This document shows, in pieces, positions 1 to 8,627 of a stretch of 64,000 bases of DNA. The translations under genes and the position numbers were made by a program. The notes beneath the pieces were generated by a model. The model did no database searches and was not told the origin of the DNA. It worked only from the letters and a program-made list of their open reading frames with translations. Source of the DNA: Candidatus Lustribacter sp. (lineage in GTDB: Bacteria; Vulcanimicrobiota; Vulcanimicrobiia; Vulcanimicrobiales; Vulcanimicrobiaceae); NCBI GenBank assembly GCA_965277805.1, contig OZ255842.1:896001-960000 (forward strand), written 5' to 3'. Positions within the stretch are counted from its first letter, which is position 1; each line of letters starts with the position of its first letter.

Positions 1-99
1 GTAGCTCATCGCCGACGCAGACGCCGGCAGGGCGGTAAGGGGCGCGAACGCCGCGGTGAGAGCTAGGACCGCCAGCGTCGCGATCGCGCGTGCCTTCAT
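1..99 (-). CDS. Secreted protein, N-terminus only (runs off window edge)
   Basis: ATG at 99 gives MKARAIATLAVLALTAAFAPLTALPASASAMSY, a typical Sec signal peptide; the frame stays open to position 1. Confidence 0.6.
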   Translation of the reverse strand, partial: MKARAIATLAVLALTAAFAPLTALPASASAMSY

Positions 100-108
100 G
101 CACCCATG

Positions 109-135
109 AACGCGCGCCGGACGTGTGAGGGTTCC
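109..135 (-). promoter_or_regulatory. Candidate ECF sigma promoter GGAACC-N17-CGTT
   Basis: Minus strand GGAACC (135-130), 17-nt spacer, CGTT (112-109), just upstream of the ATG at 99. Confidence 0.35.
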
Positions 136-140
136 GAAGC

Positions 141-167
141 CCAATCCAGTTTTAACGCTGCGCCGTT
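141..167 (+). promoter_or_regulatory. Candidate ECF (SigK-like) promoter CCAATCC-N16-CGTT, copy 1
   Basis: CCAATCC 141-147 and CGTT 164-167; same motif and spacing repeated at 781-807. Confidence 0.6.
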
Positions 168-222
168 CTATGGCCGGAGCAACGGCCCGTTGTTCTAGTA
201 AAGCTGAAAGGTTCATAAGCAA

Positions 223-753
223 ATGTCTACGTTCACGCGCGGCCGTCTACTCGCTGCCGCTCCCGTCGTCGCCCTTACCGCCGGCAGCTTGATGCTCGCG
301 TTCCAACAAGCGGCCGTGGCCGCAACGCCCGGCGATCTCGCCGTTCTGAATTCTGCGATTCCGCTCGAACGCGCCGGCATCAAGGCGTACGCCGATGCCG
401 CATCGCTCGGCATTCTCTCGCCCGGCGTGCTCGCCGTTGCGAAGGGTTTTATGGCCGATCACATGGCGCATCGCGATGCGCTCATCGCGGCCGTGAAAGC
501 CGGCGGCGGCGTACCGAGCGAAGAGACGTTGAAGCTCGTCTATCCGTCGCTCAAGACCGAAAAAGATATTCTCGTATTCGCGCAGTCGGTTGAGAAGCAA
601 GCGGCGAGCGCCTATCTCGGCGTGTTTCCGGTGCTGCAAGACAAGGCATTGGCGAAGGCGGCGGCCTCGATTCTCGGCGTCGAGACCATGCATGTGGGTA
701 TCCTGGCGTCGGCGCTCGGCCAGGGTCAACCCTATACCGGCTTCATCAGCTAG
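223..753 (+). CDS. Ferritin-like domain protein (Ferritin_2 type), probably exported
   Basis: DLAVLNSAIPLE..AY, DHMAHRDAL, VEKQAASAYLG and ILGVETMH four-helix carboxylate/His ligand pattern; N-terminal signal-like segment. Confidence 0.8.
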   Translation: MSTFTRGRLLAAAPVVALTAGSLMLAFQQAAVAATPGDLAVLNSAIPLERAGIKAYADAASLGILSPGVLAVAKGFMADHMAHRDALIAAVKAGGGVPSEETLKLVYPSLKTEKDILVFAQSVEKQAASAYLGVFPVLQDKALAKAAASILGVETMHVGILASALGQGQPYTGFIS

Positions 754-764
754 CTTATTTAGCG

Positions 765-807
765 AACGGGGCAAAGGCACCCAATCCAAGGCGACCTTTG
801 CTCCGTT
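765..807 (+). terminator. 13-bp stem-loop after the ferritin-like gene
   Basis: AACGGGGCAAAGG (765-777) pairs with CCTTTGCTCCGTT (795-807), one G-U pair; no strong U tract. Confidence 0.4.
781..807 (+). promoter_or_regulatory. Candidate ECF promoter CCAATCC-N16-CGTT, copy 2
   Basis: CCAATCC 781-787 and CGTT 804-807, upstream of the gene at 901. Confidence 0.55.
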
Positions 808-823
808 AAGCTTATGTGGCTGT

Positions 824-863
824 CTCTCGACGACGCGCCTTGGGCGCTCTGCTCGGGATGACA
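824..863 (+). repeat. REP-like dispersed repeat (long variant)
   Basis: CTCGAC..[GCGCC-TT-GGGCGC hairpin]..GCTCGGGATGACA; ends match the copies at 18903 and 33408. Confidence 0.5.
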
Positions 864-900
864 ATACTCAACTTCATCTTTGTGAACTGAAGGAGAGCCG

Positions 901-2439
901 GTGCGGATGTTCCGGATCGCGGCGATGTTGGTCGTCGCCTTGTTCGCCATACCCTTACCGGCGCAAGCGCATCCGCTCGGCAACTTCACGAGCAATCACC
1001 TCACGCGCATTGCGGTGCAGCCGAACGCGATCGACGTGCACTACGTGCTCGATGACGCCGAGATTCCCACGTTCTCGCTGCTGCGTTCGCTCGATGCGCA
1101 CGGCAAGCCGTCGCAGACCGCGCTCAACGCGTGGGCCGTACAGCATGCAAAGGATATCGCCGGCGATCTCGTGCTCACGGCCGGCGCTCGGCCTGCCGCG
1201 CTCACGTTCAGCGGAGCGCACGTGCAGTTGCGGCCCGGGGCGGCTGGTCTCTCTATCCTCTACTTCACCGCCGATTACACGGCATCGCGGCCGCCGGGCG
1301 CACTACGCATCGAGTATTCCGATAACACGCTCCTTGGGCGCATCGGCTGGAAAGACGTCGTCGTCCTGCCGCAGCGCGAACCGACGCAAGAGCTGCGCAT
1401 GTATCCGGATGCCCTGATCGGTTCGCCGCGCGATCGCACGGCCGTCGCTCTGACGGTTGCTGCCGACGGCGCAGTGACCGTGGCCGATGCCACGGCTGCG
1501 CCGCTCTTCGGTGTCGCGTCGGCGGCGCGAATGAACGATCTCTCCGACGTGCTCGCTCGCAACCTCTCCGATCCGCTCGTGCTCCTCGGCGCGCTGCTGC
1601 TCGCGGTCGGCCTTGGCGCGCTGCACGCGCTCGAACCCGGACACGGCAAAACGCTGCTGGCCATCTCGCTCGTCGGGGCCCGCGCGACGGTCCCGCAAGC
1701 GATGATCCTGGCGTCAGCCCTCACGATCGCCCACACGATCGGGGTGCTGGCGTTCGGCGTCATTGTCCTCACGCTCGCACAGTACATCGTGCCGGAAGCG
1801 CTGTATCCGTGGATCGCGCTGCTCTCGGGCGTCTTCGTCGCGTTCCTCGGCGCACGCGCTCTCTTGCGCGAGATTGACCGCCGCCGCTCGCGACACGACC
1901 ACGGCGATCACGCGCACGATCACTCACATTCGCACGGCCACGATCATCATCACCACCACGACGACGGCGGCTTCAGCGAAGCGGTGCACGCGCATTCCCA
2001 CCTGATCCCCGGTACCGCGCCGATCAGTTTCCGTAGCGCCGTCATCGCAGCGAGCACCGGCAACGTTGCGCCCTGTCCCGCGGCGCTCGTCGTGCTGCTC
2101 GCGGCGATTGCCACGCATCGCGTCGGCTGGGGACTCGTGCTCATCGTCGCGTTCAGCATCGGGCTTGCGCTCACGCTCACGCTGCTCGGCGTCGCGGTCG
2201 TGCGCGGTGCGGCGTGGCTCACGCGCCGGCCGCAGTTCGATCGCTTTGCGCGCTACGCGCCGCTCGTTACCGGCGGGGCCATCTCGATCATCGGTTCGGT
2301 GATGATCGGCGAGGGGCTCGTCGCGCAGGGCGTCGTGCCCTCACCCGTGCCCATCGCGGCACTCACGATCGCGGCGATCGCCGCCTTCATCCTCGTTCGC
2401 TCCCAACCTCACCCACCACTCAAGGAGAAGTACTCATGA
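901..2439 (+). CDS. RcnA-like Ni/Co permease with N-terminal extracytoplasmic domain and His-rich loop
   Basis: Signal peptide then HPLGNFTSNH; HALEPGHGKT, HTIG and PCPAALVVLL motifs; HDHGDHAHDHSHSHGHDHHHHH loop; several TM helices; GAAGGAG RBS. Confidence 0.85.
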   Translation: MRMFRIAAMLVVALFAIPLPAQAHPLGNFTSNHLTRIAVQPNAIDVHYVLDDAEIPTFSLLRSLDAHGKPSQTALNAWAVQHAKDIAGDLVLTAGARPAALTFSGAHVQLRPGAAGLSILYFTADYTASRPPGALRIEYSDNTLLGRIGWKDVVVLPQREPTQELRMYPDALIGSPRDRTAVALTVAADGAVTVADATAAPLFGVASAARMNDLSDVLARNLSDPLVLLGALLLAVGLGALHALEPGHGKTLLAISLVGARATVPQAMILASALTIAHTIGVLAFGVIVLTLAQYIVPEALYPWIALLSGVFVAFLGARALLREIDRRRSRHDHGDHAHDHSHSHGHDHHHHHDDGGFSEAVHAHSHLIPGTAPISFRSAVIAASTGNVAPCPAALVVLLAAIATHRVGWGLVLIVAFSIGLALTLTLLGVAVVRGAAWLTRRPQFDRFARYAPLVTGGAISIIGSVMIGEGLVAQGVVPSPVPIAALTIAAIAAFILVRSQPHPPLKEKYS

Positions 2440-3257
2440 AACCGATCCAACGAGCGATCGGGGGACTTTGCGCGATCGCCGTGCTCGTCATAGCGGTCAT
2501 CGCGTATAGCACCCACTCCGTTCGCGGCTCAGATCACCAAGACACCTACAACCTCGCAACGCGGTCGAACACTTCGGCCGACATCACCGATGTGTACGTG
2601 TTCCCCTCACCGGCCAACCCCGCGAACGTCGTGTTCGTGATGAACGTCTCGCCCTTGATCCCCGCCGGCATGGGCACGGCAAAATTCTTCGACCCGACGC
2701 TGATGTGGCAATTCAAGATTTCACACGGTACGAGCGGTGTTGAAGATCAAGTCATTCAAATGGGCGTCAGCGGCACGACCTCGAGCCAAGTCGTCACCGT
2801 GTACGGACCGGCGAAACCTAACGAAGTCGGTACGTCGAACACGTTCGTCCCGCCCACCGGCACGGTCGGCTACAACGCCTCGGCGACGCTGCCGAACGGC
2901 GTGCAAGTGTTCGCAGGCCCGCGCGCCGATCCGTTTTTCTTCGACCTCTTCGCGTTCTTCAAGTTCCTCGGCGATCGCAACTACTCAAACCACACCTCGC
3001 AAAGCGATCCTGGAACGGGCAACACGCTCACCGGCACGCCGACGTTCAACGGCTTCACCGCCGGAACGATGTCGGGCACCGGCGCGGGCGCGTACGCTTG
3101 CAGCACCGCGGCGCCGCAAAACGCGCTGGCCGACATCAACGGCGGCTTCAACGTCCTTTCCTACGTCGTCGAAGTGCCGCGCACGCTGCTGACCAGCGGC
3201 TTCTCGAGTTCCACCATTCACGTATGGGCGACGGTCAACTCGTCGACCGGGTCATAG
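2436..3257 (+). CDS. DUF4331-like protein (N-terminal-half motifs), secreted
   Basis: ATGA overlap with upstream stop; signal peptide; SDHQD, ADITDVYVF, FAGPRADPFFFDL, NVLSYVVEVP and IHVWAT motifs. Confidence 0.75.
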   Translation: MKPIQRAIGGLCAIAVLVIAVIAYSTHSVRGSDHQDTYNLATRSNTSADITDVYVFPSPANPANVVFVMNVSPLIPAGMGTAKFFDPTLMWQFKISHGTSGVEDQVIQMGVSGTTSSQVVTVYGPAKPNEVGTSNTFVPPTGTVGYNASATLPNGVQVFAGPRADPFFFDLFAFFKFLGDRNYSNHTSQSDPGTGNTLTGTPTFNGFTAGTMSGTGAGAYACSTAAPQNALADINGGFNVLSYVVEVPRTLLTSGFSSSTIHVWATVNSSTGS

Positions 3258-3267
3258 GAGCGCCACG

Positions 3268-3870
3268 ATGAAACACACCTTATACGTTCTGGCCATCGGC
3301 GCGCTCGGCTTCGGGCTCGCAGCCTGCGGCGGCGGCAACAGCGTCAATAGCGTTCCGGTTCCCGGATCGCCCGCCGGCCCCAAATACGTCCAAATCGAGT
3401 TGCTCGCGCGTCCGGCAGTCAAAGAGCTCTTCGAGAAGTTCGTCGATCACCAAGTCACGAACGCGGCGGAACCCTACGCCGATCCCACGCTGCAGGGCGA
3501 GATCCAATCCTTCACCGATGCCCTGCGGCCGCCCAAACCGTCCGTCGGCAGCGACTACGGTAAGGTCCTCGCCGCGGTGCTCTATCCGAACTGGATCACG
3601 GCCGACCTCTCGCAAACCGGCGGTGCGGCGTATCTCGGCAACGAAACCGGCGGTGCCACCTCGGCAACGCACAGCACCTTCGGCGGACGCGGAATCACGG
3701 ATGACGTGATCGCGATCTCGCTCGGTGCCGTGTTCGGCGGAACGCTCCCGGCGTTGCATCTCCAACCGGAAGACAACGAAGAGAACAACTGCATCAGCAA
3801 CGACAACACGCCGCAACGGGCGTCGCAAGCTCCAACGGCAACCTTCCCCTACCTCGCCGTCGCGCACTAG
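3268..3870 (+). CDS. DUF4331-like lipoprotein (C-terminal-half motifs)
   Basis: Lipobox LAAC; QIELLARPAVKE, GGRGITDDVI and TFPYLA motifs; AGGAG RBS. Confidence 0.7.
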   Translation: MKHTLYVLAIGALGFGLAACGGGNSVNSVPVPGSPAGPKYVQIELLARPAVKELFEKFVDHQVTNAAEPYADPTLQGEIQSFTDALRPPKPSVGSDYGKVLAAVLYPNWITADLSQTGGAAYLGNETGGATSATHSTFGGRGITDDVIAISLGAVFGGTLPALHLQPEDNEENNCISNDNTPQRASQAPTATFPYLAVAH

Positions 3871-3875
3871 GGACG

Positions 3876-5216
3876 ATGAGGACATCCGGTCCCGCCGGAA
3901 TTGCAGCGGTGACGATCGTGCTGGGCGCGATCGTTGCCGCTGCTCTCTGGCCCCACTACATCGAGCGCAGCGCCAACGTGGCCGCCGCGGCCGCATTGCC
4001 GACGATGGCGCCGGTCGTTGCCGACTACGAGCAGCGCGACAAGCTCGTCGCGTACTGGGAGAAGGCGGAGAACGAACACCATCCGGGCGATATGATCAGC
4101 CCCGACAACCTCGCCTCACAATATTTGCAGCGCTACCGCGAACGCATGGATATCGACGACGTGCTGCGTGCCGAACGCGCGGCCAAACAATCGTTGATCG
4201 CGCAACCCGTGGGCAACATGCCGGGCGAACTCGAGCTCGCCTCGATCGACCTCACGCTGCATCGCTTTGCCGACGCGATCGTGATCACCAAGCACATCGA
4301 ATCCTACGACTCCGGGGATCCGTCGATGTATCCGCGCGAAGCGAGCCTCGACATGGAAGTCGGCAACTACGCGCGCGCCGCGCATCTGCTGGCCGCCGTG
4401 CCGGAGAAGCGGCGCGATGACGGCTGGCGCGTGATCGAGTCGCGCTATCTCGAACTCACCGGCAATCTCGCCGGCGCGCGTACGCTCTTGGCGACCACGT
4501 CCGCGTATCAGAATGCGAACTTCGATGCGCCGGCGCAGCAGCGCGCGTGGTACTTTTTCCGCGCCGGCGAGATGGCGTTCGAAGCGGGCGACAACGACAC
4601 GGCGCTCGGCGACGAGCGTGAGGCCGTGACGGTGTTCCCGAACTACGCCGACGCCTTGCGCACGCTGGCCCGCATCGAGTGCGCGCGCCACGAGTGGCAG
4701 CAGTGCCTCACCGACGCGGTCGCATCGTCGAATATCGTGCCCTATCCGGAGACCCTCGGCTACAAGGCCGACGCGCAGCGCGCGCTCGGCGATGCGGCCG
4801 GCGCGGATCAAACGGCCGACTTGATCCACACCGTCGGCGAACTGGGCGACCAGCAGCACATCACGGACCGCCTGCTGGCGATCTACTATGCCGATCACCA
4901 CCTCTATCCCGACGAGGCGTACGCGATCGCGAAGAACGAGCTGAAATCGCGCGACGACATCTTCACCGAGGACACGCTCGCGTGGGCCGCGGCGATGGAC
5001 GCCCGCTGGACCGAGGCGCGGACGCACATCTCGCTCGCCTTGCGCTACGGCACCCAAAACTCGCTGCTCGACTACCACGCCGGGGTCATCGCCCAGCATT
5101 TCGGCGATGCAACTGCCGCCCGGACCGATTTGCGGCGCGCCCTGGCGCTCAATCCGCAGTTTCACCCCGCCTTCGCGGACGACGCCCGGGCCCGTCTCGC
5201 GAAGCTCCCGGAATAA
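3876..5216 (+). CDS. Membrane-anchored tetratricopeptide repeat protein
   Basis: N-terminal TM helix; TPR-like helices; C-terminal RDDIFTEDTLAWA..YHAGVIA..ALALNPQF. Confidence 0.8.
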   Translation: MRTSGPAGIAAVTIVLGAIVAAALWPHYIERSANVAAAAALPTMAPVVADYEQRDKLVAYWEKAENEHHPGDMISPDNLASQYLQRYRERMDIDDVLRAERAAKQSLIAQPVGNMPGELELASIDLTLHRFADAIVITKHIESYDSGDPSMYPREASLDMEVGNYARAAHLLAAVPEKRRDDGWRVIESRYLELTGNLAGARTLLATTSAYQNANFDAPAQQRAWYFFRAGEMAFEAGDNDTALGDEREAVTVFPNYADALRTLARIECARHEWQQCLTDAVASSNIVPYPETLGYKADAQRALGDAAGADQTADLIHTVGELGDQQHITDRLLAIYYADHHLYPDEAYAIAKNELKSRDDIFTEDTLAWAAAMDARWTEARTHISLALRYGTQNSLLDYHAGVIAQHFGDATAARTDLRRALALNPQFHPAFADDARARLAKLPE

Positions 5217-5268
5217 GTCTTACGGTGTATACGAGTTCCCCGTGCCCGCCCGTCGTAGCTGAGAAGCC

Positions 5269-6351
5269 GTGAGCGTCAGCTTCGGCCCGCGCGCCTTGGG
5301 GCGCGTCTTCGACGACAGTCCCGGCGAGACGCGCTCAAAAATTGCGGCGATCTACGCCATGCTCGTGCTCGCCAACGTCGGTGCGTGGGTGCTCGCCTTC
5401 GCCGCGTTTGCCGGCCGGCCGCTGCTCCTGGGTACGGCGCTCCTGGCCTACACCTTCGGCCTGCGGCACGCGGTCGACGCCGACCATATCTCGGCAATCG
5501 ACAACGTCACCCGCAAGCTGATGCAGACGGGGAAGAAGCCGGTGTCGGTCGGGTTCTTTTTCTCGCTCGGTCACTCGACGATCGTCATCGCGCTTTCGGC
5601 CGCGATCGCGTTTGCCGCGGCGGTCGTGCACGCATCGCTGCCGGGGCTCGAGAGCATCGGCGGCGTGATCGGCACCTCGATTTCCGCGCTCTTCCTCTAT
5701 GCGATCGCCGCGATCAACATCGTCGTGCTCGTGCAAGTCTACCGCACGTTCCGCCGCGTGCGGCACGGCGAGTCGTACGCCGATGTCGCCGGCGATGCGA
5801 CCATCAACGGCGGCGGACTCTGGTGCCGGTTGTTTGCGCCGTTCATGAAGATGATCGGCTCGAGCTGGCACATGTATCCGCTCGGCGCGCTGTTCGGCCT
5901 GGGCTTCGACACGGCCACGGAAGTCGGAATTCTGGGCATCGCCGCGCTGGAAGCCGGCAAGGGTTTGCCGGTCTACACGATCATGGTCTTTCCGCTGTTG
6001 TTTACGGTCGGAATGTGCTTGCTCGATACGACCGACGGCGTGCTGATGCTCGGCGCGTATGGCTGGGCGTTCGTCAAACCGGTGCGCAAGCTGTACTACA
6101 ACCTGACCATCACGCTCGTCTCCGTGCTCGTCGCGGTGCTGGTCGGCACGATCGAAGCGCTCAGCATCATCGGCCCGCAGCTCGGCTACAAAGGCACGCT
6201 CTGGGACGTGGTCGCGACGATGAGCGACAACTTCGGCCTGATCGGTGTCGCGATCATCGGAATTTTCGTGCTGAGCTGGATCGTCTCGACCGCCGTCTAC
6301 CGCCTGCGCCGCTACGACGAGTTGGAGCCCGCCGCCGGCGTCACTGGCTGA
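5269..6351 (+). CDS. HoxN/HupN/NixA (NiCoT) high-affinity nickel/cobalt permease
   Basis: Signature GLRHAVDADHISAIDN, FFSLGHST, LFGLGFDTATE and LDTTDG. Confidence 0.95.
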   Translation: MSVSFGPRALGRVFDDSPGETRSKIAAIYAMLVLANVGAWVLAFAAFAGRPLLLGTALLAYTFGLRHAVDADHISAIDNVTRKLMQTGKKPVSVGFFFSLGHSTIVIALSAAIAFAAAVVHASLPGLESIGGVIGTSISALFLYAIAAINIVVLVQVYRTFRRVRHGESYADVAGDATINGGGLWCRLFAPFMKMIGSSWHMYPLGALFGLGFDTATEVGILGIAALEAGKGLPVYTIMVFPLLFTVGMCLLDTTDGVLMLGAYGWAFVKPVRKLYYNLTITLVSVLVAVLVGTIEALSIIGPQLGYKGTLWDVVATMSDNFGLIGVAIIGIFVLSWIVSTAVYRLRRYDELEPAAGVTG

Positions 6352-6421
6352 AACAGCCGGCACCCGAGGTTCTTTCCGCGACCCTGGCCAAAACGTGCTC
6401 GACACTTGTGAGGAGAGCACC

Positions 6422-7549
6422 ATGGCAGAGGAAAATCGCGCGCGTCTGAGACTCAACCCGTACAACGACTGGGTTGCTCGCGAAGGCCTCATCGTCCATG
6501 AAGGCCTCTCGTGCGATCTCCTCACCGCCGAGACGAAGTTTTGGCCGCGACTGGGCGTTCCCGGCGCCGCCGTGCACTTACGCGGACGCGGCGATTTCAG
6601 CAACCTCTTCCTGATCGACATTCCGCCCGGTGAGTCGACCGAGCCGCAGCGGCATCTCTACGAAGAAGTCGTGTACGTCGTCGAAGGCCGCGGCAGCACG
6701 CAGCTCGAGTTTCAAGACGGACGCACGCACAGCTTCGAGTGGCAGCCGCGCAGCATGTTCGCGATCCCGTTGAACGCGAAGTATCGCCTGCACAACGGCG
6801 ACGGCAAGAACCGCGCGATCCTCGGCACGGTCACGTCGATGCCGCTGATGATGAAGATCTTCCACAACGACAGCTTTATCTTCGAGAACACGCACTTCTT
6901 CGAAGATCGCATCGGCAAGGATAACCACTACACGGGCGAGGGCGATCTGACGATGATCCGCCCCGGCAGCAACATCTGGGAGACGAACTTCGTCCCGGAC
7001 CTCGGCTCGATCGAACTGCACGCATGGAACGAGCGCGGCGCGGGATCGTCCAACCTCATGTTCATCCTCGCCGATAGCAACATGCACGCGCACGTTTCGC
7101 AAATTCAAGCCGGAACGTACAAGAAGGCGCACCGTCACGGCGCCGGCCGCCACGTTTTCACCGTGACCGGTAAGGGCTACTCGCTCTTATGGTATGAAGG
7201 ACAGAAAGAGTGGGAGCGCGTCGACTGGCGCCCGGGCGTCGTGTTTCCGCCGGTGGAGAACCAGTTTCATCAGCACTTCGTCACGAGCAAAGAGCCCTCG
7301 CGCTACATGGCCACGGGCACGAGCAACCAGCGCTACCCGCTAACGGATGCGGCGCGGACGAACTCCGGCACCGACACCGAGCAAGGCGCCGTCGCGCGCA
7401 GCGTGAAGGACGGCGGCGGCCAGATCGAATACGAAGATCAGGATCCGCGCATCCACGCGCTCTGGCTCGAAGAAATGGAAAAGAACGGCGTAACGCCGCA
7501 GTTCGACAAGTACGAAACGGCGCCGAAGGTCTTGACTGCTGCGGGCTAA
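6422..7549 (+). CDS. Bicupin protein (gentisate-dioxygenase-like fold)
   Basis: Two cupin repeats: QRHLYEEVVYVVEGRG and AHRHGAG...FHQHF; GAGGAG RBS before ATG 6422. Confidence 0.75.
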   Translation: MAEENRARLRLNPYNDWVAREGLIVHEGLSCDLLTAETKFWPRLGVPGAAVHLRGRGDFSNLFLIDIPPGESTEPQRHLYEEVVYVVEGRGSTQLEFQDGRTHSFEWQPRSMFAIPLNAKYRLHNGDGKNRAILGTVTSMPLMMKIFHNDSFIFENTHFFEDRIGKDNHYTGEGDLTMIRPGSNIWETNFVPDLGSIELHAWNERGAGSSNLMFILADSNMHAHVSQIQAGTYKKAHRHGAGRHVFTVTGKGYSLLWYEGQKEWERVDWRPGVVFPPVENQFHQHFVTSKEPSRYMATGTSNQRYPLTDAARTNSGTDTEQGAVARSVKDGGGQIEYEDQDPRIHALWLEEMEKNGVTPQFDKYETAPKVLTAAG

Positions 7550-7559
7550 CTCGTAACGG

Positions 7560-8294
7560 CTAACTCGGCTGTAAGTAAGGGCACGCCTTGGAAACCTTGG
7601 CGCCCTCGAGTGCCGCGAGGATGTCCTTGGCGATCTCTGCGTGGCCTGCATCGTTTGGATGCAGGTCGTAGGGGTTCGGATAGTCGGCGGTCGTGTAGAG
7701 TTGCGCATCGCACTGCAGATCGACAACGACCGCACCGGGCACGGCGATTAGGTCCCGGCGCATTGCGTCGTCGGTCGCGGTAATGCCGGCGCGTACCGCC
7801 GCGCTCGCTCCGGACTCATATCGGTAGGCCGGGTTCGGCACCGTCAGGACGACGATACGCGCCCGCGGAGCGCGTGCCTTGATGCCGGCGATAATGGCGC
7901 GGAGATTTCTCGCATACGCTGCGGATGCGGCGGAAAAGAGCGCGTCGGGATTTTCGCCCGCTCTGATCTGCTCGCCGCAGAGCCAGAGATCGTTCGTTCC
8001 GATGAAGAGGCTCACGAGATTTGCGTTCGCCGGGATCCGTGGGACCTCGTCGGCGAGAACACCGCCGTTCACGACCGTCGTGGTTCCGATCATCGTGTTG
8101 ACCGGTCCGCTGAACTCACTTCCAATGCCGAGGTTCGTTACCGACGCATTCAGAGCGGAGCCGACCAGCGAGACGTATTCGTTTGCCGGTGTCGACGCTT
8201 CACCACCGAGGGTGATCGAATCGCCCAGAGCGGCGTACACGATCGGAGCCGGCGCGGGCGCCGGCCTCGAGATCGCGACTGCAACAGGGAGCAT
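7560..8294 (-). CDS. SGNH/GDSL hydrolase
   Basis: LGDSIT, NLGIGS, IGTND and DLHPN blocks. Confidence 0.9.
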   Translation of the reverse strand: MLPVAVAISRPAPAPAPIVYAALGDSITLGGEASTPANEYVSLVGSALNASVTNLGIGSEFSGPVNTMIGTTTVVNGGVLADEVPRIPANANLVSLFIGTNDLWLCGEQIRAGENPDALFSAASAAYARNLRAIIAGIKARAPRARIVVLTVPNPAYRYESGASAAVRAGITATDDAMRRDLIAVPGAVVVDLQCDAQLYTTADYPNPYDLHPNDAGHAEIAKDILAALEGAKVSKACPYLQPS

Positions 8295-8303
8295 GGGACG
8301 TCT

Positions 8304-8627
8304 TTACGCCGGTACGGTAATCGTGACTCCGTCGGCTTCGAGCCAACGTTCGAGATGCTCGACGTACTCGGGGCCGAACGTGTCGTTCAGACACGCGCGG
8401 TACTCGGCGTAGGCCGCCGGCGTCGTGACGCGCGCTTCGAGCGCATAGCGATGGATCGACATGTAGGCATCCCGTAGCCGCAGTCCGCCATGCACCAACT
8501 CGACCAGCAGGTCGCTAGCGGAGCGGTGCGGATGCGCACGCATCCGGGCCTCGAGCCATTCATCGAGCGCCACCGGAAGGCGCATCGAGCGCGTCGGTCC
8601 GGTCGTGGTTCCGCGGGGACGCGGCAT
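8304..8627 (-). CDS. Small protein with possible ribbon-helix-helix N-terminus
   Basis: TRSMRLPVALDEWLEARM..SASDLLVELV beta-alpha-alpha pattern; TGATG coupling to the upstream His-rich gene. Confidence 0.55.
   Translation of the reverse strand: MPRPRGTTTGPTRSMRLPVALDEWLEARMRAHPHRSASDLLVELVHGGLRLRDAYMSIHRYALEARVTTPAAYAEYRACLNDTFGPEYVEHLERWLEADGVTITVPA

Noticed and set aside
5229-5258. TACGA-N18-TCGTA upstream of the NiCoT gene as a NikR operator
   Set aside because: Arms are only 5 bp and the spacing differs from GTATGA-N16-TCATAC; too weak to call.
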